Positions 1 to 12,384 of a DNA stretch of 64,000 nucleotides are shown here, in pieces. The notes under the pieces are model-generated. The model had not been told where the DNA came from. It was given only the letters and a program-made list of their open reading frames with translations, and ran no database searches. The number at the start of each line of letters is the position of its first letter. Position 1 is the first letter of the stretch. The stretch is from Mobula hypostoma. Lineage: Eukaryota. The DNA lies in assembly GCF_963921235.1 (NCBI RefSeq), contig NC_086108.1, positions 13,578,001-13,642,000 on the forward strand. Reading direction: 5' to 3'. The translations under genes were made by a program, and so were the position numbers.

Positions 1-1230
1 AGCACCAAACCCTGTGGCACTCCAGTAGTCACAGGCCTCCAGACAGGCAACCATCTACTACCACTTTCTGGCTTCTCCCATAAAGCTAATGTCTAATCCC
101 ATTAACAAAGTCGTCTTGAATGCAAAGTAACAATCTTTATACACTATCTCATAGAAAATCTTCTAATAAATTTTCCATAACTGATGTCAGATTCACTGGC
201 CTATAATTTACTGGCTTCTTTTTAGAGCCCTTCTTAAACAGCAGAACAACATTATCTACCCTCCAATCCTCAGGTACCTCACCTGCAGGTAAGTATAATT
301 TAAATATCTCTGCTAAGGACCCTGCAATTTCTGCATTTGCCTCCCACAGGGTTTAAGGGAACATCTCATCAGGCCCTGAGAATTTATCCACCCTAATTTG
401 CCTCAAGATAGTGAACACTCCTCCTCTGTAATCTGTATAGGGTCCATGAACTTGATGTCGCTTTGCCTCATTTTTTTTAGACTCTGTCAGTCTCCTGAGT
501 AAATCCAAATGTAAAAAATTCATTTCAAGAATCCTCCCATCTCTTTTGTCTCCACGCATAATTACCATACTGATCTTCCAAAGGACCAATTTTGTCCCTT
601 GCAATCTTTTTGCTCTTAATATATCTATCAAAGCCCTTGGGATTCTCCTTCACTTTACCTGATAGGGCAAGCTAATTGCTTCATTTAGTCCTCCTGATTT
701 CTTTTGTAAGTGTTCTTTTACATTTCCTACACTCCATAAGGACCTCATTTGTACCTAACTGCCTATAGCTCCTATGTACCTCCTTTTTGTTTCTTAAACA
801 GTGCCTCAATATCACTTGAAACTTAATGTTCCCTAAACCTATTATCTTTACCTTTTATTCTGGCATACACAAGCTTTGTACTCTCAAGATTTCACTTTTG
901 AAGGTCTCCCACTTACCAAGTATACCTTTGACAGTAACCTGCCTGTCCCAATCCACACTTGCCAGATCCTTTCTCCAATTTAGAATCTCAACCTGTGGAT
1001 CAGACCTATCATTTTGCATATTTACTTTGAAACTAATGGCATTGTTATCACTAGATGTCACCTTCCCTGCTTCATTCCCTAATAAACACATCAAATATTG
1101 CATACGCTCTCGTTGGTACTTCTCTGTATCGATTAAGGAAACTTTCCTGAACACAGTTATCAAACTCTATCCCATCTAGTATAGGAGTCCCAGTTAATAT
1201 GTGGAAGTTAAAATCACCTACTATAACAAC
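1..1230 (-). mobile_element. Degraded CR1-type LINE ORF2 fragment (endonuclease-RT linker to RT)
   Basis: Minus-strand ORFs contain LGNEAGKV, WETFKSEI and DKFSGPDEMFP, all CR1 ORF2 motifs. Confidence 0.8.
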
Positions 1231-1234
1231 TTTA

Positions 1235-3250
1235 AGAGAAGAGACAAGAGGTCCACAAGAGAAAATTTAGAGAGAAAGGTACAGAACTGGAAAACAGGAC
1301 CTCCAGGGTAACAATCTCAGGATTGCTGCCTGTGCCACTCACCAGTGAAAGCAAGAACAGGATGACTTGGCAGATGAATACATGGCTGAGGAACAGGTGC
1401 AGGGGCAGTGTCTGAGGTTTATGGATCACTGGTATCTCTTCTGGGGAAGGCATGACTTATTAGGTTACAAGCAGAGGTAGTGTTTAGTGAGATCATTGGG
1501 AAGGACAAGCAGATGATAGTGGAAATTGCAATCAGTGCGCTGGGTGTGGAGATAAAAGATTGGAAGGTGTGACGCTGTGGGTATCATGAAGTCATAGCTG
1601 AAACATAAAATTGACCCTGATGGGAGTTACTTACATGCCTCCGAACAGTAGCCAGGAGGTGCTTTACAAATTACAGCGGGAGATAGAAAAAACATGTCAT
1701 AGGGGACTTCAATGTACAGTTTAGTTGGGAAAATCAAGTTGGTGCTAGATTCCAAGAGATGGCTTTTTGGAGCAGCTTGTAGTGGAGCCGATTAGGGGAT
1801 CAGCATTTCTGGATTGCGAGTTGAGTAATGAACCAAGTACAATTAGGGAGGTTAAGGTAATGGAGCCCTTAGGAAACTGTGATGATAATATGTTAGAATT
1901 CACCCTGCAATTTGAGAGGGAGAGGCTAACAATAGATGTATCTATATTGCAGTGAATTAGAGGCGGGAGAGAGAAGTTGGCCAAAGTTGAATGGAATGGG
2001 GGACTAGCAAAGATGATTGCAGAGCAGCAGTGGCTGGTGTTTCTGGAAGCAATTCAGAAGGCACAGGACAGATACAGCCCAAGGAAGAGGAAGTATTCTG
2101 AAAGGCAGAATTGCGCAACCATGGCTGACAAAGGAAGTCAAATCCAACATAAAAGCAAAAGAATAGGTATATAATAGAGCAAAAATTAGTGGGAAGTTAG
2201 AGGATTTAGAAATGTTTTAAAAACCAACTAAATAAACCATAAGGGTGGAAAGAAGATGAAACAAAAAGGTAAGCTAGCCAATAGTATCAAAAATGATACC
2301 CAAAAGATTTTTCATATTATATAAATAGTAAAATAGAGGTCAGCGTTGATATTGGACTGCTGGAAAATGAAGCTGGAGAGATAGTAATGGGGGACAAGGA
2401 AATGGTGAACAAATGGAATAAGTGTTTGCATCAGTCTTCACTGCGGAAGACACTAGGGGGCTGAAGTAAGTGCAGTTGCTATTGCTAGGGAGATGGTGCT
2501 TAAGAAACTGAAGGGTGTGAAGTAATTCACCTGGACCTAATTTTCTACACCCTTGGATTCTAAAAGAAGAGATTGTGGAGGCATTAGTAATGATTTTTCA
2601 AGAATCAATAGGTTCTGGCATAGTTCCGGAGGACTGGAAAATTGCAAATGTCACTCTGCTCTTCGAGAGGGAGGAAGGCAGAAGAAAGGAAATTATAGTC
2701 CAGTTAGCGGTTGGGAAGATGATGGAGTCTATTCTTAGGGATGTAGTTTTGAGGTACTTGGAGATACATGATAAAACAGGCAAAAGTCACTATGGTTTTC
2801 TTGAGGGAAAATCTTGCCTGACAAATCTGTTGGAATTCTTTGAAGAAATAACAAGCAGGATATTGAACGCTCTGGGCCTGCAGTCGTTGGAGCTTAGAAG
2901 AATGAGAGGAAATTTCACTGAAACCTATTAAATGTTGAAAGGCTTAGATGGAGTGCACAAGAGGAGGTTGTTTTCTTTGGTGGGGGAATCTACAACTACA
3001 GGGCACAGCCTCATCATAGAGAGACATCCATTTAGAACAGAAATCAGGAGGAATTTCTTTACCCAGAGGGTGGTAAATCGGAGGAATTCATTGCCACAGG
3101 TGGAGGCCGGGTTACTGGGTACATTTAAGCTGGCAGTTGATAGGTTATGGAGATAAGGCAGGAGAATAGGGAGAGGGGAAAATTGATCAGCCATAATGAA
3201 ATGGCTGAGCATACTTGATGGGCCAAGTGGCCTAATTCTCATGTTTCTCG
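1235..3250 (+). mobile_element. Degraded CR1 LINE with ORF1 esterase remnant, endonuclease and 3' tail; RT core deleted near 2860
   Basis: Motifs VTISGLLPVP, EPLGNCDDNM, VPEDWKIANV and KSCLTNLLEFFEE run directly into LGLQSLELRRMRG, followed by a CR1 3' tail. Confidence 0.85.
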
Positions 3251-3848
3251 CTAGTCTGCGGTCTCTGTACAGATTCTTTCCTCCAAATCCTTCAAACTAT
3301 TGGATGGTCTATTATATAGCCCCATTAACATGGTCATACCTTTCTTATTCCTCAGTTGCACCCATAAAGCCTCACTGAGTTCTCCTGTCTGCATCCTGAC
3401 TGAGCACTGCAATGACATTTACCTGACTAGTAATGCCACCCATCCCCCTTTCATCCTTCCCACTGTGTTGGGTCTAAAACAATAGGACCCTGGAATATTG
3501 AGCTGCAGTCCTTCCCCTCCTGCAACTGTCTCACTAATGCCTACAATATCATAATTCCATATGTTGATCCATGCCCTGAGTATATTTAGCTCAAAACATT
3601 AGCTACACAATTCTCAACCTTTTGATTCCCAACTTTAATCTGTGGTCTTAACAATATCCCACAACCTCTCCAATATCTGTTCCAGCACTCTGGGTCCTGT
3701 CCCCCTGCAACTCTAGTTTAAATGCCTCTCTCCCTCCCTCCTTCCCCCCACCCCCGCTATGCAGCACTAGCAAACCTTTCCATTAGAACATTAGTTACCC
3801 TGCAGTTTAGGTGCAAATTGTCTTTTCTGTACAGTCCCACCTTCCCTG

Positions 3849-4162
3849 TGAAACACTCTGGTTTCCTCGTTGCCGATCCTCCATCAATCTCACCCCAGGC
3901 TTTGTCAAATCACGGTCCCGCTCTGGGTCAAATCCTATGACCTCTTCTCTCTGGCGTATTCTCACTCCATCTCTAACAAAAGCCCAACCTTCGTGTCCGT
4001 CACCAGAGAAACCTCCCGTTAATCCGACCTTCCTAATTGGATGGCACACAATTCTCCTATCTCTTTATTCAACAGTAACCCAAACATAAGCTGAGAAAAC
4101 AAGCACCTTGCACAGAACAGCAACAAATGAAATACGAAACGGCATTACAGCAGAACATTGCA
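3849..4162 (-). mobile_element. Probable solo LTR inserted into a minus-strand CR1 remnant (about 3270-4570)
   Basis: TG...CA ends with a 4-bp direct repeat CCTG (3845-3848 and 4163-4166) and AATAAA on the minus strand. The host CR1 reads through when it is removed. Confidence 0.55.
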
Positions 4163-5284
4163 CCTGGAAGACAGCCCAATTATCTAAAAAGTCCAAGGCC
4201 CTCCTCCTTCACCAATTCATCAACCACATAAACTGTGTGACCTTCCTATTTCAGGCTTCACTAGCATGTGCAGCAATGCTGAGATCACAACCCTGGAGGT
4301 CCTGCCCCTTAACGTAGCACCTAATTCCCTGAACTCTCTATGCAGAACCTCATCACTTGTCCTACCCATGTCATTGGTACCTACATGGACCACAACCTCT
4401 AGCTGTTCACCCTCCCACTTCAGAATGCTGAAGACTATCTGAGATGTCTAGACCCTGGCACCCGGGAGATAACATACCATCCTGGAATTTTGTTCTCGTC
4501 CACAGAACTTCCTTTCCATTCTCCTAAAGAATCCCCTATCACCACAGCTCACCTCTTCTCCTTCCTTCATTCCCAGAACAATAAACTTAAACACAAACAG
4601 TTAAGAACAGTATACCATGATCTCTTGAGCCAGGGTCCTTCCAAACGACCCGTCTACACTTGCTCAGAGCAATTCCATTCCCCATTTGCGATTTACTTTC
4701 TTTGTAACCTATTCGCCCCGTATTTCCTAATTCTACCACTTCATTACATGAGGGGTAATTTTACAGTGGCCGATTGATCTGAGAATGAAGTACCTGAAGG
4801 AAATCAACTTGGTCACAGGGACAGCACCGTAGATCAAGTTTCTTGGGTCACAGGAGCCGAGAGACAGTAACTCAACCAACTCTGCCACTGTGCTACTCAA
4901 AGTTTTATTCCTACATTCTCTCTAGCCAAAGGTTAATTTGGTTTATCCTCCTATTCTGTACTTGTTAGAATTGGATACAACCCTGAAGTCACAAACTTTA
5001 AGACCAGCTTTTCATTCGCTCACTAATCAACCTCTAGTTGGTTGACCTCAACTCTCTAGTGCAACAATGGGGTCACAACTTTTGGTCCTCTACCTTATCC
5101 CTTTGGATACCTTCAATGTTCAATGAAGTGTACAAATTTTTGGTAGAATGGATACAGAGGTGATGCTGTATGAATAGATGCCTCAAACCAGTCCATAGTG
5201 TCAGAATAAGGGATCAAATCAAGGCTAAGGCAAGAACAAATTTCCTCATCCAGTTTTATCTGCATTTATTTCTTTAACTTTAAT

Positions 5285-5540
5285 TTAGAAACGTAGCATG
5301 ACATCAGGCACTTGAGGTCCAACAAGCCTGTGCTGCCCAGTAATACTATTGTGACCAATTAGTCTACTAACCAGTAGGTCTCTGGAATGTGAGAGGAAAC
5401 TGGAACACTCAAGAGGAAATCTACATGGTCACAAGGAAAACTTGCAGACTTCTTATAGATAGGGGCAGAATTGAATCCTAGTTACTGGCACCGCAATGGT
5501 GTTTGGCTAACTGCTACGCAACAGTACCGCCGCAGTGTGC
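5285..5540 (-). mobile_element. HE1/V-SINE-like SINE
   Basis: Central-domain-like ggaatgtgagaggaaactggaacac...ggaaatctacatggtcaca plus a CR1-like tail. Related copies are at about 4700-4900, 9900-11646, 30470-30740 and 55810-56030. Confidence 0.65.
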
Positions 5541-5649
5541 TCTGAGGTTTTGGAGTTCTCTACCTATTGGAACATGGAGGCTCAGTCACCAAGTATATTC
5601 AACACAAAGATGAAAGAATTTTAAATATTTAGAGAATCAGTGGTACAAA

Positions 5650-5872
5650 GGCGAGAAAATCTGCAGATCCTGGAAATCCAAGCAACATACACAAAATGCT
5701 GTAGGAACTCAGCAGGCTAGGTAGCATCTATGGAAAACAGTAAACAGCCGATGTTTTGGGCCCAGAATCTTCATCAGGACTCATGAAGGGTCTCAACCTG
5801 AAACATCAACTGTTTACTCTTTTCCATTGACGCTGCCTGGCCTGCAGAGTTCCTCCAACATTTTGTGTGTGT
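5650..5872. mobile_element. Fold-back (inverted) PLE terminal-repeat element with two degenerate hammerhead motifs
   Basis: The arms cacaaaatgctg...cttcatcag and atgaagggtctcaacctgaaacatc...cattttgtgtg are reverse complements. Confidence 0.75.
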
Positions 5873-6010
5873 GTGACATTGAGTTAGTGTAGAGCTGTGG
5901 TGCTGAAGTAAAAGATAAGCCATGATTTTATTTAACTGCTAAGTCAGTAAAAGTAAAATGGCCAACTCTTGCTCATTACAACATTTATCTCACTGTATAA
6001 TGCTGATTTA

Positions 6011-6196
<186 letters not shown>

Positions 6197-6600
6197 CTAT
6201 GATAGAAATGTACAACAGCCGAGTAAAAATAAGCTCAAACAAAGGATATGGTAACACTATTAAGAGATGTTATGGATCAAATGATGATTTACACGAATCC
6301 ACAAATACGAGTTGCATTTAAAAAATGCATCTAATTTTTTTGGGGGGTGCTTTTCTTCATCATATACTCCACTAACGTCTTCCTGGGGGAGTGGGATTGA
6401 GTAGGAGTGAAGTGAGAATGAAGTGAAAGGGATGAGGAAGTGTCCAGGAGGAGATTGTTGAGCGAAGGTGTTCAATAGGGAGGAGGAGGCTGAGAGGTGA
6501 CCAAACAGGGATGCACAAGTTACAAGATAATAGAAAGGGAAGGCATCAGTAAGCTCTTCCCATACTAGAGATGCCTGTAATCAAAGTGTAGGTTTAAGAC

Positions 6601-9425
6601 TGTAATGTATGGATCCATTTTTTTTTCTTAAAAGAGCAATGACTCTCTTCAGCACTACCTATAATCTGTTGTGTGCACAGGTGCATTGGTCTGTTGACCA
6701 CACGTGCGCATTGCACCCCTTCCCTCTTGCTGCAAATGTGGATACATCAGTTAAAACCACCTCCCATGAGCGTATTTCTATTTTAATTGATATGTAGATG
6801 TGCACAGACACAACAAATTAGCAACGAGTACGAACCTGAATGTCAGAAAATATCACGAACTGCACCAATGGTTACGGGATGAAACAGTGAGGGGCAAGAG
6901 TTAAACAGTAAGGAAGTCGTCATGGACACTAACAAAGGGACATGTGAGTAAAGCATAGTACATAGTGAAAGGTGCGCAGCTAGCAAAATTTAAAGTGAAA
7001 ATAATGTGGTGATGGCTTCAGTCGGGAAAGTTGACGAATTTGACAGCGCTAACGAAGGCTGGGAGTCGTATATCTAAAGGATGAAACTGTATTGTAATGT
7101 GAAAAACTTGGAGGAGCAAAAGAAAGCCCCCATGCTTCTTGGCAGTCTCTTACACAACTTGAAAAGACAGCAAACAAGACATTTGATGAAATTGCTACAA
7201 TTTTACAAAATCACTTCAGCCCTCAACAGCTGGGAATAGCTGAGAGATATAGATTTTACAAAAGGAACCAGTCATTTCTGAACACATTGCAGAACTGTGC
7301 AAACTTTGCCAGTACTGTGACTTTAGAGATGGACCTTCTGATGCTTTAAAGGACAGGTATGTATGTGGTATGCATTGTCAAAGCACTCAAAAGAGGCTAC
7401 TGGCAGAAAGAGACATAACCTTAGAACAGGCAATGACCATTGTAATATCATTAAGGATACAGCAGAACTACAGAAAAAGAGGTTAAAATATGAAATGCAC
7501 ATAATGTCCCTGAATGGTGCGAAAACCCAAAGATGTGGCAAATCCTCTCATGATGCAAATGACAGTTCAAAACAAGTTTGCAGGAAGTGTCACAAACAAC
7601 GCCATAGAGAGAGTGTGCAAGGCAGACAGAAGGCACTAACAAAGAGAAAAATCACATCAAGTGAAAAGTCTCATACAAAACTAAGCAAATTCATAAAGCG
7701 ACCAAATATGAAACAGACAACAGAGTCTGACAAAGGTGTGCTGTCATGTCTAGAACTGCATAGCATTACTGAAGCAGATCACAGAATCATATGGATCACA
7801 ATAGAAGTGTCTGGTGTAAAACTGAAAATGGAGCTGGATACAGGTGAGCTTTGTCTATAATTACAGACGCTGACTACAACAAATTGTTTTCTAAGCTACC
7901 ATTAGAGAAGACTTCAGTGATCCTAAAGACCTGCACGGGCAAAAAAGTGCCTCCTAAAGGCAAACTGAAAATAAATGTGAGGCCAAACACAGCAGTTAGA
8001 GCTTTACACATTGAAAGGAGGAGGCCCATCACTTTCGGATGTGAATGGTTGAGAAAATTCCAACTAGACTGGCACTCAATCAAAGCTCTCAGTGTGACAT
8101 CAACAGGCAACATTAGCTGGTTAATGCTAATGAGGTTTGAGAAGGGAATAGATAAACAGTTTGAAAATTTGGCCATAAAGTGTTCAGGATGCCAAAAGGT
8201 TCAAAAGGCACCGTTATACCCGTGGGAGGAGTAGTCATCGCTGTGGCAAAAAGTACATATTGACTTTGCTGGGTCATTCTCGGACTCTATGTTTCTGATT
8301 GCTGTGGATGCTCACTTGAAGTGGCTGGAGGTTATACCAATGAAGTCAACCATCTCAGCAAAGACCATCTCCGCTCTGAAGTCAACCACACCAGCAAAGA
8401 CCATCTTGCTAGGAATGGCTTACCAGAACAAATTGTGAGTGACAACGGACCACAATACACATCAGAAGTCTGACTACTCATGATGAAAATGGCATGAGAC
8501 ATTTCAAGTCAGCTCCTCACCACCCAGCAAAGAATGGATTAGCTGAAAAGTTTATCCAAACCTTCAAGTAGTCTATTAAAGCTATGAACAAGGAGGACAT
8601 TTCTCTACAGCACAAGGTGGACTTTTTGTGTATCAGAACTGTTCATGCAACGTCAAATCAAACACTTGTAATGCTGTTCATAAGCAGGAATCTGAGATCT
8701 TGTATAGACCACCTGAAACCTGACCTATGGACAGAGTGCAGAATAAGCAGTTCAGCCAGTGGTCAAATGAAGCAGCAAAGAGCTTCAAGATCGGATAGGA
8801 AGACCTAGTGCACAATTACCGAGAAGACAAGTGGACACCCGGTAGGATGGCTACAAGAACTGGACCACTGATGTACATAGTGGATGCTGGCAATCATACA
8901 CGGAGACATCATGTGGACCAGACACTAGATGCTCAATTGAAGAACACACCTGAGTCAACTGCATCCAACAAGATGGACACATTAATAGCCACCAGACTTG
9001 CCTCTCAGGTGATGATCATGTCACTGACAGCAACGTGGCACCTGCGAAACCCGATGCCACTCCCCAGGTCAGAGGTGCTATCCTGAAAGAAACAGTGTGC
9101 CACCTAAAAGCCTGATTCTTTAGTATAGTGAAGTTAGTTATGGGCCACATTTCTGAAACCAGGTTTATGAAAGGGAAATTGAATGTTTTATAAACATATG
9201 CGTTTTATGTAGCATTAATCTAAAGGGCGAGGAAGTATAATGTATGGATTTATTTCTTTCAGAGCAATGATCCCCCTCAGCCCTACACGACCTGTTGTCT
9301 GCACATACACATTGCTCTGTTATCTATGTATGCGCATTGCTCCCTTTCTTTCTCTCACACTGCGATGTGAATACACCAGTTAAAGCTGCTTTCCACATGC
9401 AAGTTTTTAATAAATTGACACATCA
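6601..9425 (+). mobile_element. Gypsy/Ty3-type LTR retrotransposon lacking RT and RNase H
   Basis: LTRs at 6601-6815 and 9236-9425, with a 5-bp TSD AAGAC (6596-6600 and 9426-9430). It has a degenerate PBS (ttagcaacgag) and a PPT (aaagggcgaggaag). Coding remnants are gag MASVGKVDEFD, protease LDTG and integrase CSGC..VHIDFAG..SDNGPQ..NGLAE. Confidence 0.9.
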
Positions 9426-9899
9426 AAGACAATGATCAAGAGGGAACAGAAGGAAAAGTTTCATATAGATTGTTGGGAGTTTGAAATACACCTTCTGAGG
9501 GTGCTGGAAGCAAGTACAGTCATTTTATGAGGCTGTACCTTGAAATCATGAGGAACTAAGGGGGAGCTACAAAGCTAATGAGAAGTAGATACAGAAGGAC
9601 AGACATATTGAAGCAGTCATTTTAAAACTGGCTATTTTGGAGGTTGGAGCCCTGTGGTTGAAGTAAAAGCGCGGGTTTAATTCCATGAAAATAATATCTC
9701 AATCTGTTCATTATAACATCTTGCAAAACTATACTCAAGTGCAGAACTGGAAGGGCCCCAATTAGAAAAGAGAAAACCATAGTGTTCTCTCTTCTTAAGA
9801 GAAAGGACTGGAACAAAGGATAATAAAGGGGAGTTTTATGTTCCTCCTGTAGGATGTGGGCGATCAAGGACATTTCCACTGTTGATGGTGACTATATTA

Positions 9900-11646
9900 G
9901 GATGCCACAATAGTGTAACAGCACAACGTATTACAACTTGGGGCACTGGAACTCAAGAGTTCATTCCAGTGCCATCTGTAAGGAATCTATACGTCCTCCC
10001 TGTGGAAAGCACGAGTTTTCCCCAGGTGTTCCGGTTTCATAGAAAAATAGGTGCAGGAGTAGGCCATTCGGCCCTTCGAGCCTGCACCGCCATTTATTAT
10101 GATCATGGCTGATCATCCAACTCAGAACCCAGCCCCAGCCTTCCCGCCATACCCCCGATCCCCGTAGCCACAAGGGCCATATCTAACTCCCTCTTAAATA
10201 TAGCCAATGAACTGGCCTCAACTGTTTCCTGTGGCAGAGAATTCCAGATTCACCACTCTCTGTGTGAAGAAGTTTTTCCCAATCTCGGTCCTAAAAGGCT
10301 TCCCCTTTATCCTCAAACTGTGATCCCTCGTTCTGGACTTCCCCAACATCGGGAACAATCTTCCTGCATCTAGCCTGTCCAATCCCTTTAGGATTTTATA
10401 CGTTTCAATCAGATCCCCCCTCAATCTTCTAAATTCCAACGAGTACAAGCCCAGTTCATCCAGTCTTTCTTCATATGAAAGTCCTGCCATCCCAGGAATC
10501 AATCTGGTGAACCTTCTTTGTACTCCCTCTATGGCAAGGATGTCTTTCCTCAGATTAGGGGACCAAAACTGCACACAATACTCCAGGTGTGGTCTCACCA
10601 AGGCCTTGTACAACTGCAGTAGTACCTCCCTGCTCCTGTACTCGAATCCTCTCGCTATAAATGCCAGCATACCATTCGCCTTTTTCACCGCCTGCTGTAC
10701 CTGCATGCCCACTTTCAATGACTGGTGTATAATGACACCCAGGTCTCGTTGCACCTCCCCTTTTCCTAATCGGCCACCATTCAGATAATAATCTGTTTTC
10801 CTATTTTTGCCACCAAAGTGGATAACTTCACATTTATCCACATTAAATTGCATCTGCCATGAATTTGCCCACTCACCCAACCTATCCAAGTCACTCTGCA
10901 TCCTCTTAGCATCCTCCTCACAGCTAACACTGCCACCCAGCTTCATGTCATCCGCAAACTTGGAGAAGCTGCATTTAATTCCCTCATCCAAGTCATTAAT
11001 ATATATTGTAAACAACTGGGGTCGCAGCACTGAGCCTTGCGTTACCCCACTAGTCACCGCCTGCCATTCTGAAAAGGTCCCGTTTATTCCCACTCTTTGC
11101 TTCCTGTCTGCTAACCAATTCTCCATCCACATCAATACCTTACCCCCAGTCTTTACCAGTCTTTTCCTTTTTACATATCTATAAAAGCTTTTACAGTCAG
11201 TTTTTATGTTCCCTGCCAGTTTTCTCTCATAATCTTTTTTTCCCCCTTCCTAATTAAGCCCTTTGTCCTCCTCTGCTGAACTCTGAATTTCTCCCAGTCC
11301 TCAGGTGAGCCACTTTCTCTGGCTAATTTGTATGCTTCTTCTTTGGAATTGATACTATCCCTAATTTCTCGTCAGCCACGGGTGCACTACCTTCCTTGAT
11401 TTATTCGTTTGCCAAACTGGGATGAACAATTGTTGTAGTTCATCCATGCAACCTTTAAATGCTTGCCATTGCATATCCACCGTCAATCCTCCTACATTCC
11501 AAAGATATTACCAGGTAGGTTAATTCAGTGTTGTCAATTGTCCTGTCGTCAGATTAGGGTTAATTGGGGTTCTCAGAGGTTGCTGGGGTGGCATGGCTCA
11601 AAGGGCCGGAAGGGCCCACTCCATGAAGTAGTGCTAAATAAATAAA
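9900..11646 (+). mobile_element. SINE split by a CR1 insertion (halves 9900-10038 and 11488-11646)
   Basis: ccggtttc and ctcctacattccaaaga rejoin into a continuous SINE core; the tail is taaataaataaa. Confidence 0.75.
10039..11487 (-). mobile_element. Young CR1 LINE 3' part with a 305-aa RT ORF and an internal deletion near 11148
   Basis: ORF 10218-11135 has GVTQGSVL, KFADD and RPHLEYCVQFW, and the 3' tail is intact. Confidence 0.93.
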
Positions 11647-12384
11647 GGATGTGCAGTTGTAACCACTCCCATTAGACCACGAAGCACTCGACTTCCTGAA
11701 TATCCAGGATGCAGTAAATAAATGTGCAAGATAGTTTGCTTAATGGTCACATCAGATGCACAGCGAAGAGATAGGTGACTTCCAGATAGGGCAGCAAGAG
11801 GAGGCACATCCCATCTCAAACAGGTATGCAGTGTTGCATGTATATTTTTTTCTGGTGGAAGGAGTGGCATCAAGGTCTTTTATACACACAAGAAAAGACT
11901 AAGAGTGGGAGGGTGATTGTGTTTGGGAATTCTATTGTAAGGTGGGCTGACAGGTGCTTTTATAGCTGCAAATGAAACTACACAATGGTTTGCTACTTCC
12001 CTGGTGCTAATGCTAAGAATGTCTTAGAGTGGCTGCAGGGCATTTAAAGGGGGAGGGTGAATAGCCAGAGGTTATGGCATATGTTGGTATCAATGACATA
12101 AGAAGGGATGAGATCCTGCAAGCCAAGTTGAGGTGGTTAAGTAGCCAGTGCAGAGTATCCCAGTGGTGGCTCCCTCGAAAAATAAGTATACTGTTTTGGA
12201 AACTGTTGGGGCAGGGGAAACAACCTACTAGGGGAAGACACAGCAACTAGTTCTGGTTCTGTGGGTGAGAAGGGAGGTGAGGGGAGAAGAGTGCAGTAGA
12301 GATGAGGGATTCCATAGTTATGAGCAACAGACAGGAGATCCCCTCGACACAAAGGAGACACCCAGATGGTATGCTGCCTCTCAA

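Noticed and set aside
6370..6500. Purine-rich tract
   Set aside because: Low-complexity sequence with no supportable function.
10218..11135. 305-aa ORF as a host gene
   Set aside because: It is CR1 reverse transcriptase in a truncated copy with a LINE tail.
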